From IMG/VR virus record IMGVR_UViG_3300046352_000133, positions 1 to 57,253 of that record: 57,253 nucleotides of DNA; one strand, 5' to 3'. The notes under the pieces were generated by a model that worked only from the letters and a program-made list of their open reading frames with translations, had not been told where the DNA came from and did no database searches. This document shows, in pieces, positions 39,213 through 49,313 of this stretch (positions are counted from its first letter, which is position 1; each line of letters opens with the position of its first letter). The translations under genes and the position numbers were made by a program. The stretch is from a virus. Taxonomy: Duplodnaviria; Caudoviricetes.

Positions 39213-39244
39213 TTTGTAAATATAGATTTTTTTTCGTATATTAG
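39213..39244 (+). promoter_or_regulatory. Bacteroidota-type -33/-7 promoter
   Basis: TTTG (39213-16), 20 nt, TATATTAG; preceded by TTCG as at 23173. Confidence 0.6.
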
Positions 39245-39272
39245 TGTTACTTTATAACTTATTCATTAAAGC

Positions 39273-40031
39273 ATGCTACAAGACTTAATATACATAAAGA
39301 ATACTCTAACAAATAATATTGAATTTAATGAGTACCAGGAACAAGAAGAAATACCAATCCCTTACAGATGGTCTCACGGAGCTACTGATACTCATTTAGG
39401 AGATGGTTTAATTATCTATTCTCTTATTCAGTATATGAGAGCAAAAGTTTGCGTTTGTTTAGGTAGTGGTGGGGGGTTTGTACCTAGACTAATGACACAG
39501 GCAAGAATAGATTTACACAGGCAACATATATTCGAAGGTAATGATGATTTAAATTGGGGAGATATTGGATGCACTTATGTAGTTGATGCTATGAATGGTA
39601 TTGGTGGTAAGGTAGATTGGTTCAAAGAAGAATCATTTTTCAGAAGAACATTTCATCCTCGTATTTTAGGAACTACAACAGAGGAAGCTTTTCATAACCA
39701 CTTTGTATTAAATGATATTAAAATTGATTACTTACATATAGATGCAGGACATAGCTATGAAAATGTTAAAGAAGATTTTGAATTATATTCCCAACTCCTA
39801 TCCCCAAATGGAATTATTTCTATTCACGATACTGACCCTAATTTTGCGGATAGTTACTTAGTTACAAACGAAGTTAAAGATAGAAACGACCATGAAGATT
39901 GGAATGGTCCTATTCAGTTTGTAAAAGAATTAAAAGATAATCCGAAATGGGAAACATTTGATTTGTTTAACTTTGGAATAGTAAAAAATAAACCATCATC
40001 AACAGGTCTTACATTAGTTAAAAGAAAATGA
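39273..40031 (+). CDS. Class I SAM-dependent methyltransferase (Methyltransf_24-like)
   Basis: VCLGSGGG, IDYLHIDAGHSYE..KEDF and LSPNGIISIHD. Confidence 0.85.
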   Translation: MLQDLIYIKNTLTNNIEFNEYQEQEEIPIPYRWSHGATDTHLGDGLIIYSLIQYMRAKVCVCLGSGGGFVPRLMTQARIDLHRQHIFEGNDDLNWGDIGCTYVVDAMNGIGGKVDWFKEESFFRRTFHPRILGTTTEEAFHNHFVLNDIKIDYLHIDAGHSYENVKEDFELYSQLLSPNGIISIHDTDPNFADSYLVTNEVKDRNDHEDWNGPIQFVKELKDNPKWETFDLFNFGIVKNKPSSTGLTLVKRK

Positions 40032-40876
40032 TTAGATTAGTTACAGTAACGGGTTCTAGAACAACAACATTAAAACATATGTTAAACCATTATACAGATA
40101 TGGTTGATGAAATGTATATTGTTGTATATGATTGGGAAGAGCAATCCAATTTAGCAGAGGTTCAAAATATTGTATCCGAATTCCGAAATGCTAAAATTGT
40201 AAAAACTGTAATTGAAGAAAAATACAATTGGGAAAAAGTAACCCAATTATATAACGAAGTTAAACTAACTCACCCAAACGATTGGTGGGTAATATCAGAT
40301 GATGATGAGTTTCACTCTTATTCATATTCACTTAAATCAATTATATGCGATTGCGATATGAACGGATGGGATATGGTTAGAGGTGGATTCGTAGATAGAA
40401 TTGGTATAGACGGAGATATGGTTGAACTATTGGATACGGATGATATATTTGAAAAGTTTCCATATGCTGGTTTTTTTAGACATCCATTAAGTGGAGCAAA
40501 CCCTAATAAGATTTGTATCGCAAAAGGATATGTTGAAATTACAAACGGGCAACATTATGCAAAGATAGATGGCCATACGACTTGGAAATGGCAAGGTTGG
40601 AATCATCCATTGATTGCACCAATTGATAAATACAATGTGCAAGTTCATCATTTTAAATGGGATAGCACCTGTGGAAAAAGAATTAGAGCAGTTGCAAATA
40701 TACAAAAAGATTACTCTTATTCGGAAGAATATAGAAAAATGTACAGAGAATTAGCAAAGTATAGATTTAAATTACCATTAGATGATGAAAGGTTTGGGTT
40801 TGAATTATCCCCAACTTATCATTATTTGGGATATGAAAAATGGGAGCAACTAATTAAAAAAATAATATCCATATAA
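40028..40876 (+). CDS. GT2-like glycosyltransferase (Glyco_tranf_2_4/GT92-like)
   Basis: LKHMLNHY, WWVISDDDEF, GQH and VHHFKW. Confidence 0.75.
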   Translation: MIRLVTVTGSRTTTLKHMLNHYTDMVDEMYIVVYDWEEQSNLAEVQNIVSEFRNAKIVKTVIEEKYNWEKVTQLYNEVKLTHPNDWWVISDDDEFHSYSYSLKSIICDCDMNGWDMVRGGFVDRIGIDGDMVELLDTDDIFEKFPYAGFFRHPLSGANPNKICIAKGYVEITNGQHYAKIDGHTTWKWQGWNHPLIAPIDKYNVQVHHFKWDSTCGKRIRAVANIQKDYSYSEEYRKMYRELAKYRFKLPLDDERFGFELSPTYHYLGYEKWEQLIKKIISI

Positions 40877-40908
40877 TTTGGAAATATCAATTAAAAATAG
40901 TATTTTTA
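40877..40908 (+). promoter_or_regulatory. Bacteroidota-type -33/-7 promoter (weaker match)
   Basis: TTTG (40877-80), 20 nt, TATTTTTA. Confidence 0.45.
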
Positions 40909-40924
40909 CTAAAATAATAAAGTT

Positions 40925-41113
40925 ATGACAGAAGAAGAATTATCATTAGAAAAAAGAAAAGTAAAAGCATTAGAAAAGATTGCAACTACAATGGATGCAC
41001 TTACCGTTTGGTTTGAAGAAATTGAAAAAGATGAGTGGGGTGATAGAATACAATGGTATTTAGCTGAATTTTTAAAAACAACGCAGCCAAAAGACCCAAC
41101 AATTGATGGATAA
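40925..41113 (+). CDS. Small hypothetical protein
   Basis: 62-aa ORF after an A-rich leader, overlapping the next start. Confidence 0.7.
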   Translation: MTEEELSLEKRKVKALEKIATTMDALTVWFEEIEKDEWGDRIQWYLAEFLKTTQPKDPTIDG

Positions 41114-42404
41114 AAAATTAGGAATAATTGTTCCTTATAGAAATCGTTTTGAACATCTTGAAGAATTTAAACAATCAATAGTTAAATATCTTAATGATAA
41201 TGGTTATACAAATTATACAATCATTATTGTTGAACAAGATGATGCAAAGTTGTTTAATCGTGGAATGCTACTTAATATTGGATTTAAGGAATCAAAAAAA
41301 CTTAAATGTGATTATGTAGTATTCCACGATATTGATATGCTACCAATTGATGTAGATTATTCTTTTTCAGATGTGCCTATACATTTGGCAACTGATAATA
41401 TACCTTTTGAATCTTACTTTGGAGGGATGGCATTATTTCCCTCACAGATATTCGAACAAATAAATGGCTTTTCTAATTTATATTGGGGTTGGGGATTTGA
41501 AGATGATGATTTGAGATATAGATGTGTAAAAAATAATGTATCTTTTGAAAAATATATAGTACCACAAACCACAGAATCAAAATTACCAATCTTTAATGGA
41601 GTTGATGCATATGCAACAATTTCAAATATTATAAATTACAATAGAAGTTTTAAAATAAAATTAGATATTAATTTAGATAGAGTTGTTTATGATGTAGATA
41701 AGCAATTTGATATATTTCCTATTTTATCAATAAAAGGTTACGATTTTAAACTTTTTTATAATTCTTTTAATAGATTTTATTTGCAACTTTTTGATAAAAA
41801 AGGTAATTATTACGATGTTTATTCTGATATTGTATCTACATCACATAATACTATAAAAATTGAATATGATAGAAATGAGAACATAATTAATTTTTTAGTA
41901 AATGAAAAATTAAATACTATCTATTTTTCAAATAGCATATATAATTATTCTAATGTAGATAAAATTATAATTGGTTCGGATGATGAAAAAAAAGATTTTT
42001 TTAAAGGAAGTATAAATGAATTTTTATTAGAACAAAACGATGAAATAAAGATACATTATAAAAATTATAATATTAAAAATTATTACTTTACTGATATTTC
42101 GGGTAATAAAAACAATGGTGAATTATTTAATGTTTATTTAGATTATTTTAAAGATTTTAAAAATTATTATTCATATGTGCCATTTAGAAGAAATAGTAAA
42201 TTATTAAAATTAAAACATGATGACTGTGGATTTAATGATGGACGATGGAGAGATGATAATAGTAGATGGAATCAGTTGAGATATAATAATGAAGTTCAAA
42301 ACGGATATAGAGATGATATAGAAGATGGATTATCTACATTAAAGTATCAGCTTTATGCAAAAATAAAAGAAGATAAAATAACTCATTTAAATGTTGGGAT
42401 ATGA
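41106..42404 (+). CDS. GT7 beta-1,4-galactosyltransferase-like enzyme with an inserted LamG-like domain
   Basis: IIVPYRNR..HL, EQ....FNRGMLLNIG, FHDID, YFGG, NGFSN.YWGWGFEDDD; insert FNGVDAY...FFKGSINEF...DISGNKNNG; terminal DGLSTLKY. Confidence 0.88.
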   Translation: MDKKLGIIVPYRNRFEHLEEFKQSIVKYLNDNGYTNYTIIIVEQDDAKLFNRGMLLNIGFKESKKLKCDYVVFHDIDMLPIDVDYSFSDVPIHLATDNIPFESYFGGMALFPSQIFEQINGFSNLYWGWGFEDDDLRYRCVKNNVSFEKYIVPQTTESKLPIFNGVDAYATISNIINYNRSFKIKLDINLDRVVYDVDKQFDIFPILSIKGYDFKLFYNSFNRFYLQLFDKKGNYYDVYSDIVSTSHNTIKIEYDRNENIINFLVNEKLNTIYFSNSIYNYSNVDKIIIGSDDEKKDFFKGSINEFLLEQNDEIKIHYKNYNIKNYYFTDISGNKNNGELFNVYLDYFKDFKNYYSYVPFRRNSKLLKLKHDDCGFNDGRWRDDNSRWNQLRYNNEVQNGYRDDIEDGLSTLKYQLYAKIKEDKITHLNVGI

Positions 42405-43807
42405 AATTAGGTGTATGTGTTCCGTATAGAAACAGAGAGGAGCACTTAAAGGAGTTTGTACCGATTGTATCAAAGTTTTTAGAATCAAAAGATATTGATT
42501 TTAAAATATACTTTGCCCATCAAACTGATGACAAACTATTTAATAGAGGCGCAATGAAAAACATTGCTGCTAAACACGCATTTGAAGATGGTTGTGATTA
42601 CATCGTATGGCACGATATAGATATGGTTCCAGAGGATGACACTTGCGATTATTCGTTTCCTAATGATAACCCCCAACACATTGCAGTTCGTATCTCACAA
42701 TCCGATTATCAACTAAAATATGAAGAATACTTTGGAGGTGCGGTTCTATTCTCAAAAGAGCAAGTAGAACGAACAAACGGATACTCTAATGATTATTGGG
42801 ATTGGGGTATGGAAGATGATGATTTGTTTTGGAGATGTGTAAAAGAAGGATATGCAAACAAAACTAAATTAGATTACAATGAAGAGCAAGTTGTAGCATA
42901 TTTTAATGGTGTAGATTCTAAAATTGAATTCAAACCATCCAGAGAACAAAGAGCATGTTTATCGGATTCACATACCGTTTCTATATTAGTAAAAGCAGAC
43001 CAACAGATAGAAAAAGTTCCTATTTGGTTGATTGGTGATTCTGAAAGACAATTTGTAGAGTACCCAATATTCAGAAAGCCAGGTTACGATTGGGGTTTAT
43101 CATTTAACAACAGTAGAGCATATACAATGCAACTTTGGGATAGAATGAAAAATCATATATACCAATGGATTAAGAGATATGAAAACCAATGGACTTGGGT
43201 TACGATGGCAGTTGATGCTGAAACTAAAAAAATACATTTCTACTTAAATGGTAGAGAAAGTGATGCAAGATTGGGAACAGGAACACAATCTCCTTTTACT
43301 TACGAAGAACCATTAAAAAGATACGGAACGGAGCCGTTTTATGTTGGGTATTCAAACTCACCAAACGAATCATTTTTTAAAGGAGGAATTGCATCAATTG
43401 CAATGTGGAATAGGCGTTTAACTCCTGATGAAATAAAAAACATACACACCGAATTTCCAAATGATGGGTTAGTATTAGACCTTTTTACTATGGGATTGGA
43501 TTTTGGAGAATCTACAAATATAGAATTTAAAAAAGAAAATATAGAAATCCCACACACCATATTACCACATAGAATAAATGGTAAATTTAGATGTTTGCCT
43601 CACCAAACGGAGGGGTTAATAAATGAGGGTGGAATTGATAAATGGGCAAAGGGAGAAACAACTGCAAAAAATGAAAGAAGATATATATTAGAAATGCAGC
43701 AGGATAAAATTGATTACAAATCCGATGGCATAAATTCAGTTAGTTATCAGTTGGTATCCGTTGATACGATTGATGGAAAACATCAAATGATAAATGTAAA
43801 ATTATAG
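42401..43807 (+). CDS. GT7 beta-1,4-galactosyltransferase-like enzyme with an inserted LamG-like domain
   Basis: VPYRNREEHL, FNRG, WHDID, YFGG, NGYSNDYWDWGMEDDD; insert with WTWV...FYLNG...FKGGIASIAMWNRRLTPDEI; terminal DGINSVSY. Confidence 0.88.
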   Translation: MKLGVCVPYRNREEHLKEFVPIVSKFLESKDIDFKIYFAHQTDDKLFNRGAMKNIAAKHAFEDGCDYIVWHDIDMVPEDDTCDYSFPNDNPQHIAVRISQSDYQLKYEEYFGGAVLFSKEQVERTNGYSNDYWDWGMEDDDLFWRCVKEGYANKTKLDYNEEQVVAYFNGVDSKIEFKPSREQRACLSDSHTVSILVKADQQIEKVPIWLIGDSERQFVEYPIFRKPGYDWGLSFNNSRAYTMQLWDRMKNHIYQWIKRYENQWTWVTMAVDAETKKIHFYLNGRESDARLGTGTQSPFTYEEPLKRYGTEPFYVGYSNSPNESFFKGGIASIAMWNRRLTPDEIKNIHTEFPNDGLVLDLFTMGLDFGESTNIEFKKENIEIPHTILPHRINGKFRCLPHQTEGLINEGGIDKWAKGETTAKNERRYILEMQQDKIDYKSDGINSVSYQLVSVDTIDGKHQMINVKL

Positions 43808-43809
43808 TT

Positions 43810-45225
43810 ATGGCAGAAGAAAAAACATATTCGGAAAACCCGATATATTTACAGGTAAAAGATGATTTAGATAGTGTAGGTCCTGGTATGTGTTTAGCAA
43901 AATGGACACAGGTTACATTACAATTACAAAATGGACACAACCACTCTTGCCACCACCCTACAACTCACAAAATTTCAGAAGCGGAAATAGCAAGAAATCC
44001 ATCTGCATTACATAATACAAGACATAAAAAACTTCGTAGAAAAGAAATGTTGCAAGGTGCAAGGCCTACGGAGTGTGATTATTGTTGGAAGGTGGAAGAT
44101 AATTCAGACCGTTTTTCTGATAGAATATTTAAGTCGGGTGAAAGTTGGTCTTGGGATTATAAAGAAGAAATATTTAATTCAGATTGGAGAGAAGACTATA
44201 CCCCAAAATATGTAGAAGTTGCATTTTCTAATGCATGTAATTTTAAATGCTCTTATTGTGGACCTGCATATAGTTCTAAGTGGGTAGAAGAAATTGAAAA
44301 ATATGGTGGATACCCTACAACAGATAATTTTAATTCTAATGAGTGGTTAAAAACAGAAAACAAATTTCCTATTCTACATAGTGAATATAATCCATATATT
44401 GAAGCATTTTGGAAATGGTGGCCTGATTTGTATAGAGAGTTGCATACATTCAGAATTACAGGTGGAGAACCTTTATTATCAAAAGATACTTGGGGAGTAT
44501 TAGATTATATATTAGAACACCCTAATCCAAATAGAGAATTAAAATTGGCAATTAATTCTAACTTAGGTGTTCCAGATAAGTTAATTGATAGGCTAATTGA
44601 AAAAATTAAAAGATTAGAAGATGAAGGTCGGGTGAAAGAACTTATAATTTTTACATCAACAGATGGTTGGGGTAAACAAGTTGAATATGTTAGAACCGGT
44701 ATGGAATTTAATAAATTTTGGGATAATGTAAACAAAATATTGGCTGCATCAAATAGGACGAATGTAACAGTTATGTCTACATACAATGCATTAAGTGTAT
44801 TTAGTTATCCAAAATTAATTCAAGAAATATATTCATTAAAAGATAGTTTTGCAAGTACCGATAGATATTGGAACTCAGCAGTATTTTTGGATTCATCTTA
44901 TTTAAGACATCCACAACATCAAACTGTTCAAGTTTTACCCCATCAGTTTTCTAATAACATATTGGACCAATCTAAATTAATTACATATTACGCAGCACCA
45001 TCTTTTAGTCCCAAACATATTGGATATTCGGATGTTGAAGTTCAAAAAGTAAAAAGAATTTATGATTGGATGGTTTCACCGCAAGATGCATCAGAACAAA
45101 TGAAAAATAGGTACAACTTTTATAAATACTTTACGGAGCATGATAAAAGAAGAGGATTGAATTTTTGCAAAACATTTCCTGAATTAGAAGAATTTTATAA
45201 CTTTTGTGGAACAATACAGATATGA
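43810..45225 (+). CDS. Radical SAM protein with N-terminal twitch/SPASM-like Cys cluster
   Basis: CNFKCSYC, ITGGEPLL, INSNL; N-terminal CLAKW...SCHH...CDYCW. Confidence 0.9.
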   Translation: MAEEKTYSENPIYLQVKDDLDSVGPGMCLAKWTQVTLQLQNGHNHSCHHPTTHKISEAEIARNPSALHNTRHKKLRRKEMLQGARPTECDYCWKVEDNSDRFSDRIFKSGESWSWDYKEEIFNSDWREDYTPKYVEVAFSNACNFKCSYCGPAYSSKWVEEIEKYGGYPTTDNFNSNEWLKTENKFPILHSEYNPYIEAFWKWWPDLYRELHTFRITGGEPLLSKDTWGVLDYILEHPNPNRELKLAINSNLGVPDKLIDRLIEKIKRLEDEGRVKELIIFTSTDGWGKQVEYVRTGMEFNKFWDNVNKILAASNRTNVTVMSTYNALSVFSYPKLIQEIYSLKDSFASTDRYWNSAVFLDSSYLRHPQHQTVQVLPHQFSNNILDQSKLITYYAAPSFSPKHIGYSDVEVQKVKRIYDWMVSPQDASEQMKNRYNFYKYFTEHDKRRGLNFCKTFPELEEFYNFCGTIQI

Positions 45226-45971
45226 GTTTAAGAGTAGATAAAAATAATATATATTTTATATTACCAGAAAGTAGATATTCCGTTTCTAATAAAATAGATG
45301 GATATATGGAAGAAGATTTTACTTTGCATATTACTGCAAAATTATTTCCAGAAACCATAACGAATACTGAATCATTTTTAATAGCTAGAAATGGAATGCA
45401 TAGTGGTGTTTCCACATTTAAAGATGAACACAACATTGTAAATATTATGTTTACATATTGGTTTAATGATAAAAATGGTAATCCAAAAGTAAAACAAATA
45501 ACATATAAAGTACCTGATTTGTTACTTAACGGGTTTAACAGATACACTATGATTTGTGACCATAATAACGAAAAAAAAATTAGTTGTTATGTAAATGATG
45601 AAATTGTTGGTGAAATGTTATATGGGGATGATGTAAAACAAACTTATGAAAACGGATTTTATTGGTTTGGTTGTGGAAGTATGATTGGTCCAGAAGAACA
45701 TAGAGCATTTGGTGTTTTTGAATATAGACTTTCTTTTGTTTCAAACAAAAATCTTTCATTGCAAGAATTAAAAGATTTTACTGGTAGTTACAAAAGTAAA
45801 TACTCAGAAGTAATTTTTGGTGATTTGCGTAGATTAAACAATGATTGCCCTTATATAGAAAATTTTGCATTTGTATGTGATTTTGAACATTGCAATAGAT
45901 ACAAAGTTTGGGATTTAAGTTTTAGTGGAAATTACCCACAATTTTATATAAAAGATAATATATATTTCTAA
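45222..45971 (+). CDS. Hypothetical protein, LamG/concanavalin-like fold
   Basis: DFTLHI, IARNGMHSG, CYVND and VWDLSFSGN. ATG 45222 overlaps the upstream TGA (ATGA). Confidence 0.55.
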   Translation: MSLRVDKNNIYFILPESRYSVSNKIDGYMEEDFTLHITAKLFPETITNTESFLIARNGMHSGVSTFKDEHNIVNIMFTYWFNDKNGNPKVKQITYKVPDLLLNGFNRYTMICDHNNEKKISCYVNDEIVGEMLYGDDVKQTYENGFYWFGCGSMIGPEEHRAFGVFEYRLSFVSNKNLSLQELKDFTGSYKSKYSEVIFGDLRRLNNDCPYIENFAFVCDFEHCNRYKVWDLSFSGNYPQFYIKDNIYF

Positions 45972-45979
45972 AAGGTTAT

Positions 45980-46951
45980 ATGAAAATATTAATTACAGGT
46001 GGTGCAGGTTATTTGGGTTCTGTTATTACTGGCAGAATGCTAGAAGAAGGACATGAAGTTGTTGTTTTGGATAAATTATTATTCAATCAAACTTCTTTGT
46101 TACAATACACTTCAAATCCAAAATTCAAATTTATTTATGGAGATGTTAGGAACTACGAACTCCTAAGAGGACTTTGCACAGATGCAGAAGTTATTATTCC
46201 ATTGGCAGCAATCGTAGGATTTCCTGCTTGTGCAGCAGACCCAAAGTTAGCAAAAGAAATTAATTTTGAGCAAATCCTAAACATTATTAAAATAACAAAA
46301 GGAAAAGGCAAAAAGATTTTATATCCAAATACAAATAGTGGTTATGGATTAGGAGAAGGTGAATTAGAATGTACGGAAGAATCTCCATTAAAACCAATAT
46401 CAGTTTATGGAACTACAAAGGTAGAAGCGGAAAAGTATTTAAAAACAAATACTGATGCAATTATATTCAGATTAGCAACTGTATTTGGTGTATCACCTAG
46501 AATGAGAACCGATTTGTTGGTAAATGATTTTACTTACAAAGCAATTACAGATAAATACATTGTTGTTTTTGAAAGAGAATTTAAAAGAAACTTTATTCAT
46601 ATTCAGGATGTAGCAGATGCTTTTGTGTTTATGTTAAACAACTATGATACACACAAAGGACAAGTATTCAATGTAGGATTGAGCGATGCAAATTTAAATA
46701 AACAACAATTGTTAGAAACTATACAAGGACACGTTACCGATTTTGCAATATCTTACAATGATTTCTATGAAGACCCTGATAAAAGAGATTACATAGTTTC
46801 TAATGCAAAAATAGAAGCAACTGGTTGGTATCCTAAATGGAGTTTAGATATGGGTATTGCCGAACTTATAATGGCATACCAAATGATAGTTCCAAAAATG
46901 GGAGCAGAGTTTAGAAACGGATTCCCATTAGGTTACGCAAAAAATACATAA
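45980..46951 (+). CDS. NAD-dependent nucleotide-sugar epimerase/dehydratase (extended SDR)
   Basis: ILITGGAGYLG, LAAIVG, canonical YGTTK, RLATVFG.SPRMR.DLLVN and RNFIHIQD. Confidence 0.92.
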   Translation: MKILITGGAGYLGSVITGRMLEEGHEVVVLDKLLFNQTSLLQYTSNPKFKFIYGDVRNYELLRGLCTDAEVIIPLAAIVGFPACAADPKLAKEINFEQILNIIKITKGKGKKILYPNTNSGYGLGEGELECTEESPLKPISVYGTTKVEAEKYLKTNTDAIIFRLATVFGVSPRMRTDLLVNDFTYKAITDKYIVVFEREFKRNFIHIQDVADAFVFMLNNYDTHKGQVFNVGLSDANLNKQQLLETIQGHVTDFAISYNDFYEDPDKRDYIVSNAKIEATGWYPKWSLDMGIAELIMAYQMIVPKMGAEFRNGFPLGYAKNT

Positions 46952-46952
46952 T

Positions 46953-47489
46953 ATGAGTTCAAATTGGAAAGAGTTTGAAATAACTCCATCAAAGAAATTC
47001 CGAAACGAAGTAGAAACATACACACCATCAATTTATAGAGAATACAGAGGTGAGATATTTACAACATTTCATTCAGAGGAACATCCTGTAATGTTAAAAC
47101 TTGCACCATATGTTTCAGTACATGGGAGATTCTCTCGTTCTTATAAAGGAGTATTGAGAGGATTACACTATGATACTAAAACTTGGAAGTTAGTTCAAGC
47201 AGTAGTTGGAGATATATACCTCATTGTTTTGGATGTAAGAGAAGATTCTCCTACTTATGGAGATTGGGAATCATTCATTATATCTGAACGTAACAGACAA
47301 CAGGTATTAGTTCCTCCTGGGTTCGCAAATGGTCACTTTGCACTTACTGATTGTATGTTTCATTATAATTTATTTTACGATGGACAGTATGTGGATGCAA
47401 ATGAGCAAGGTGTAATCAAATGGAATGACCCCGAGTTTCAAATGGAATGGCCTAATAATCACCCAATTTTACAAAAAAGAGATAGATGA
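46953..47489 (+). CDS. rmlC: dTDP-4-dehydrorhamnose 3,5-epimerase family (RmlC cupin)
   Basis: RG.I, SRSYKGVLRGLHY, KLV....G.IY...LDVREDSPTYG.W, VPPGFANGH and IKWNDP. Confidence 0.9.
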   Translation: MSSNWKEFEITPSKKFRNEVETYTPSIYREYRGEIFTTFHSEEHPVMLKLAPYVSVHGRFSRSYKGVLRGLHYDTKTWKLVQAVVGDIYLIVLDVREDSPTYGDWESFIISERNRQQVLVPPGFANGHFALTDCMFHYNLFYDGQYVDANEQGVIKWNDPEFQMEWPNNHPILQKRDR

Positions 47490-48121
47490 TACAAAACATA
47501 AAAAAATACAAAACTTTAGATGAGGTAGATACCAACCTCACATCACAAGATTTAATCGATTTTGAAAATGGAATAGTAGAGCAATGGGAAGGTGGTAAAA
47601 TACGAGGACCTATACATTTATCAAATGGAAATGAAGAGCAACTAATAGAGATATTTAAAAGAATATCTGCAAACGATTGGGTGTTTTCAACTTGGAGGTC
47701 TCACTATCATGCATTATTACATGGTATTTCACCTGAATGGATTACAAACGAAATATTAGATGGCAAATCTATCACTCTTTGTAATTTAGATGAGAAGTTT
47801 TATTCATCCGCAATTGTAGGTGGAACGTTATCTATTGCATTGGGTGTAGCAATGGGATTAAAACAAAAAGGAAGTGATGAGAAAGTTTGGTGTTTTATAG
47901 GAGATATGTCTTTTGAAAGTGGTATATTCTATGAAGTTCACAAATATGCAAGAAACTTTGATTTACCTATTTATTTTGTTATTGAAGATAATGATGTTTC
48001 AACTTACACTCCAACGGAAGCAACTTGGAGTACAAAAAGAGAAATACCAAAAGATGTAATTTACTACAAATATAAATCTAAATATCCACACTACGGAAGT
48101 GGTAAATGGGTAGTTTTTTAA
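47486..48121 (+). CDS. TPP-dependent enzyme, E1-alpha-like subunit (short form)
   Basis: GKIRGPIHLSNGNE, STWRSHYHAL, SAIVGG and TPP motif GDMS.ESG...EDN. Confidence 0.88.
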   Translation: MIQNIKKYKTLDEVDTNLTSQDLIDFENGIVEQWEGGKIRGPIHLSNGNEEQLIEIFKRISANDWVFSTWRSHYHALLHGISPEWITNEILDGKSITLCNLDEKFYSSAIVGGTLSIALGVAMGLKQKGSDEKVWCFIGDMSFESGIFYEVHKYARNFDLPIYFVIEDNDVSTYTPTEATWSTKREIPKDVIYYKYKSKYPHYGSGKWVVF

Positions 48122-48122
48122 T

Positions 48123-49313
48123 ATGTTATACAATTCGGAATTAAATAGTTTTAAAAGGTTTATATCAGAATGGGATATTGATTCCGAATATGTTTTATTC
48201 GGTGCTAGTAAGGAGTGTGTCCAATTCATTAGAACTATGGACTTCTTATTTGGTTCTGAAAAATTAAAGATAAAATGTATTGTAGACCATAGTGTAAAAA
48301 CTGGTATTGCAAACAATCTAAATGAGGTAAGTGAATATTACCACCAATCAAAAGATTTTAATAATAGCAGAACCAATATACAATTGGTAAACATAAATGA
48401 TTTTGATAAACAAGGGGATGTTATTATAACAACTGATGAGTTTAGAAAAAATTATCAAATCTATTTAGAAGAGCACAAAATAAAACACACTTGGTATAAA
48501 AACATTGCTGCTATCTGGCCGTATGATTATCTAAACAAAGTTCATATATTCCAAAGTGATGTATTAGTAACGGAGAAATGCAACTTAAATTGTTCTCATT
48601 GTAATATGTTTATTCCACACTTTGAAATGCCAAAACATAGAGAGTTAGATACGATGATAAAAGATATTGATTCTTATTTCAATATCGTTGATTATGTTAG
48701 TGTATTTCATTTAGTAGGGGGAGAGCCATTTTTACATCCACAAATTGAAAATGTTATTCAACATATTTTATCAAACTACATAGATAAAATTGACAAGTTT
48801 ATAATAACAACTAACGGTAGTATTGCTCCCAAACCATCTACAATTGAATTACTAAAGAGTAGTAATGTGATTTTGAGTGTAAGTAATTATTCAGATAAAT
48901 TACAAAAACTAAAAACTAAAGTTGAAAAAGTAATTGGTATTTACAAATCAAATGGTATCAAACACTATGTTAGAAATGAAATAGAGTGGTATGATTTTGG
49001 TGATTTAAGAGTTAAAAAGAATCTACCAACAGATAAACTAATCAAACACTTTGATTCTTGCACTGCTCCATTTAGAGGATTAAATGATGGTAAATTTTAT
49101 TACTGTCATTTAAATACGGGTGCAGTTTTGACAAAGTTATTCCCATTAGATAAAAACGATTATGTTGAAATAGATAAAATATCAAAAGAAGATTTACTTA
49201 AATTTGATTTAGGATATACTGATTTAGGATATATTACTTTTTGTGATAATTGCAATGGTTGTAATACAGGAATTAAAATACCTGTAAGTTATGAAAAGCA
49301 AGGGGTAAGATGA
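48123..49313 (+). CDS. Radical SAM protein with N-terminal Rossmann-like segment and C-terminal Cys cluster
   Basis: VLFGAS; CNLNCSHC, VGGEPFLHP, TTNG; C-terminal C...GKFYYC...CDNCNGC. Confidence 0.88.
   Translation: MLYNSELNSFKRFISEWDIDSEYVLFGASKECVQFIRTMDFLFGSEKLKIKCIVDHSVKTGIANNLNEVSEYYHQSKDFNNSRTNIQLVNINDFDKQGDVIITTDEFRKNYQIYLEEHKIKHTWYKNIAAIWPYDYLNKVHIFQSDVLVTEKCNLNCSHCNMFIPHFEMPKHRELDTMIKDIDSYFNIVDYVSVFHLVGGEPFLHPQIENVIQHILSNYIDKIDKFIITTNGSIAPKPSTIELLKSSNVILSVSNYSDKLQKLKTKVEKVIGIYKSNGIKHYVRNEIEWYDFGDLRVKKNLPTDKLIKHFDSCTAPFRGLNDGKFYYCHLNTGAVLTKLFPLDKNDYVEIDKISKEDLLKFDLGYTDLGYITFCDNCNGCNTGIKIPVSYEKQGVR

Noticed and set aside
47486-48121. Pyruvate dehydrogenase as a central-metabolism auxiliary gene
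   Set aside because: Both subunits are much shorter than PDH E1, no E2/E3 is present, and the context is nucleotide-sugar genes.
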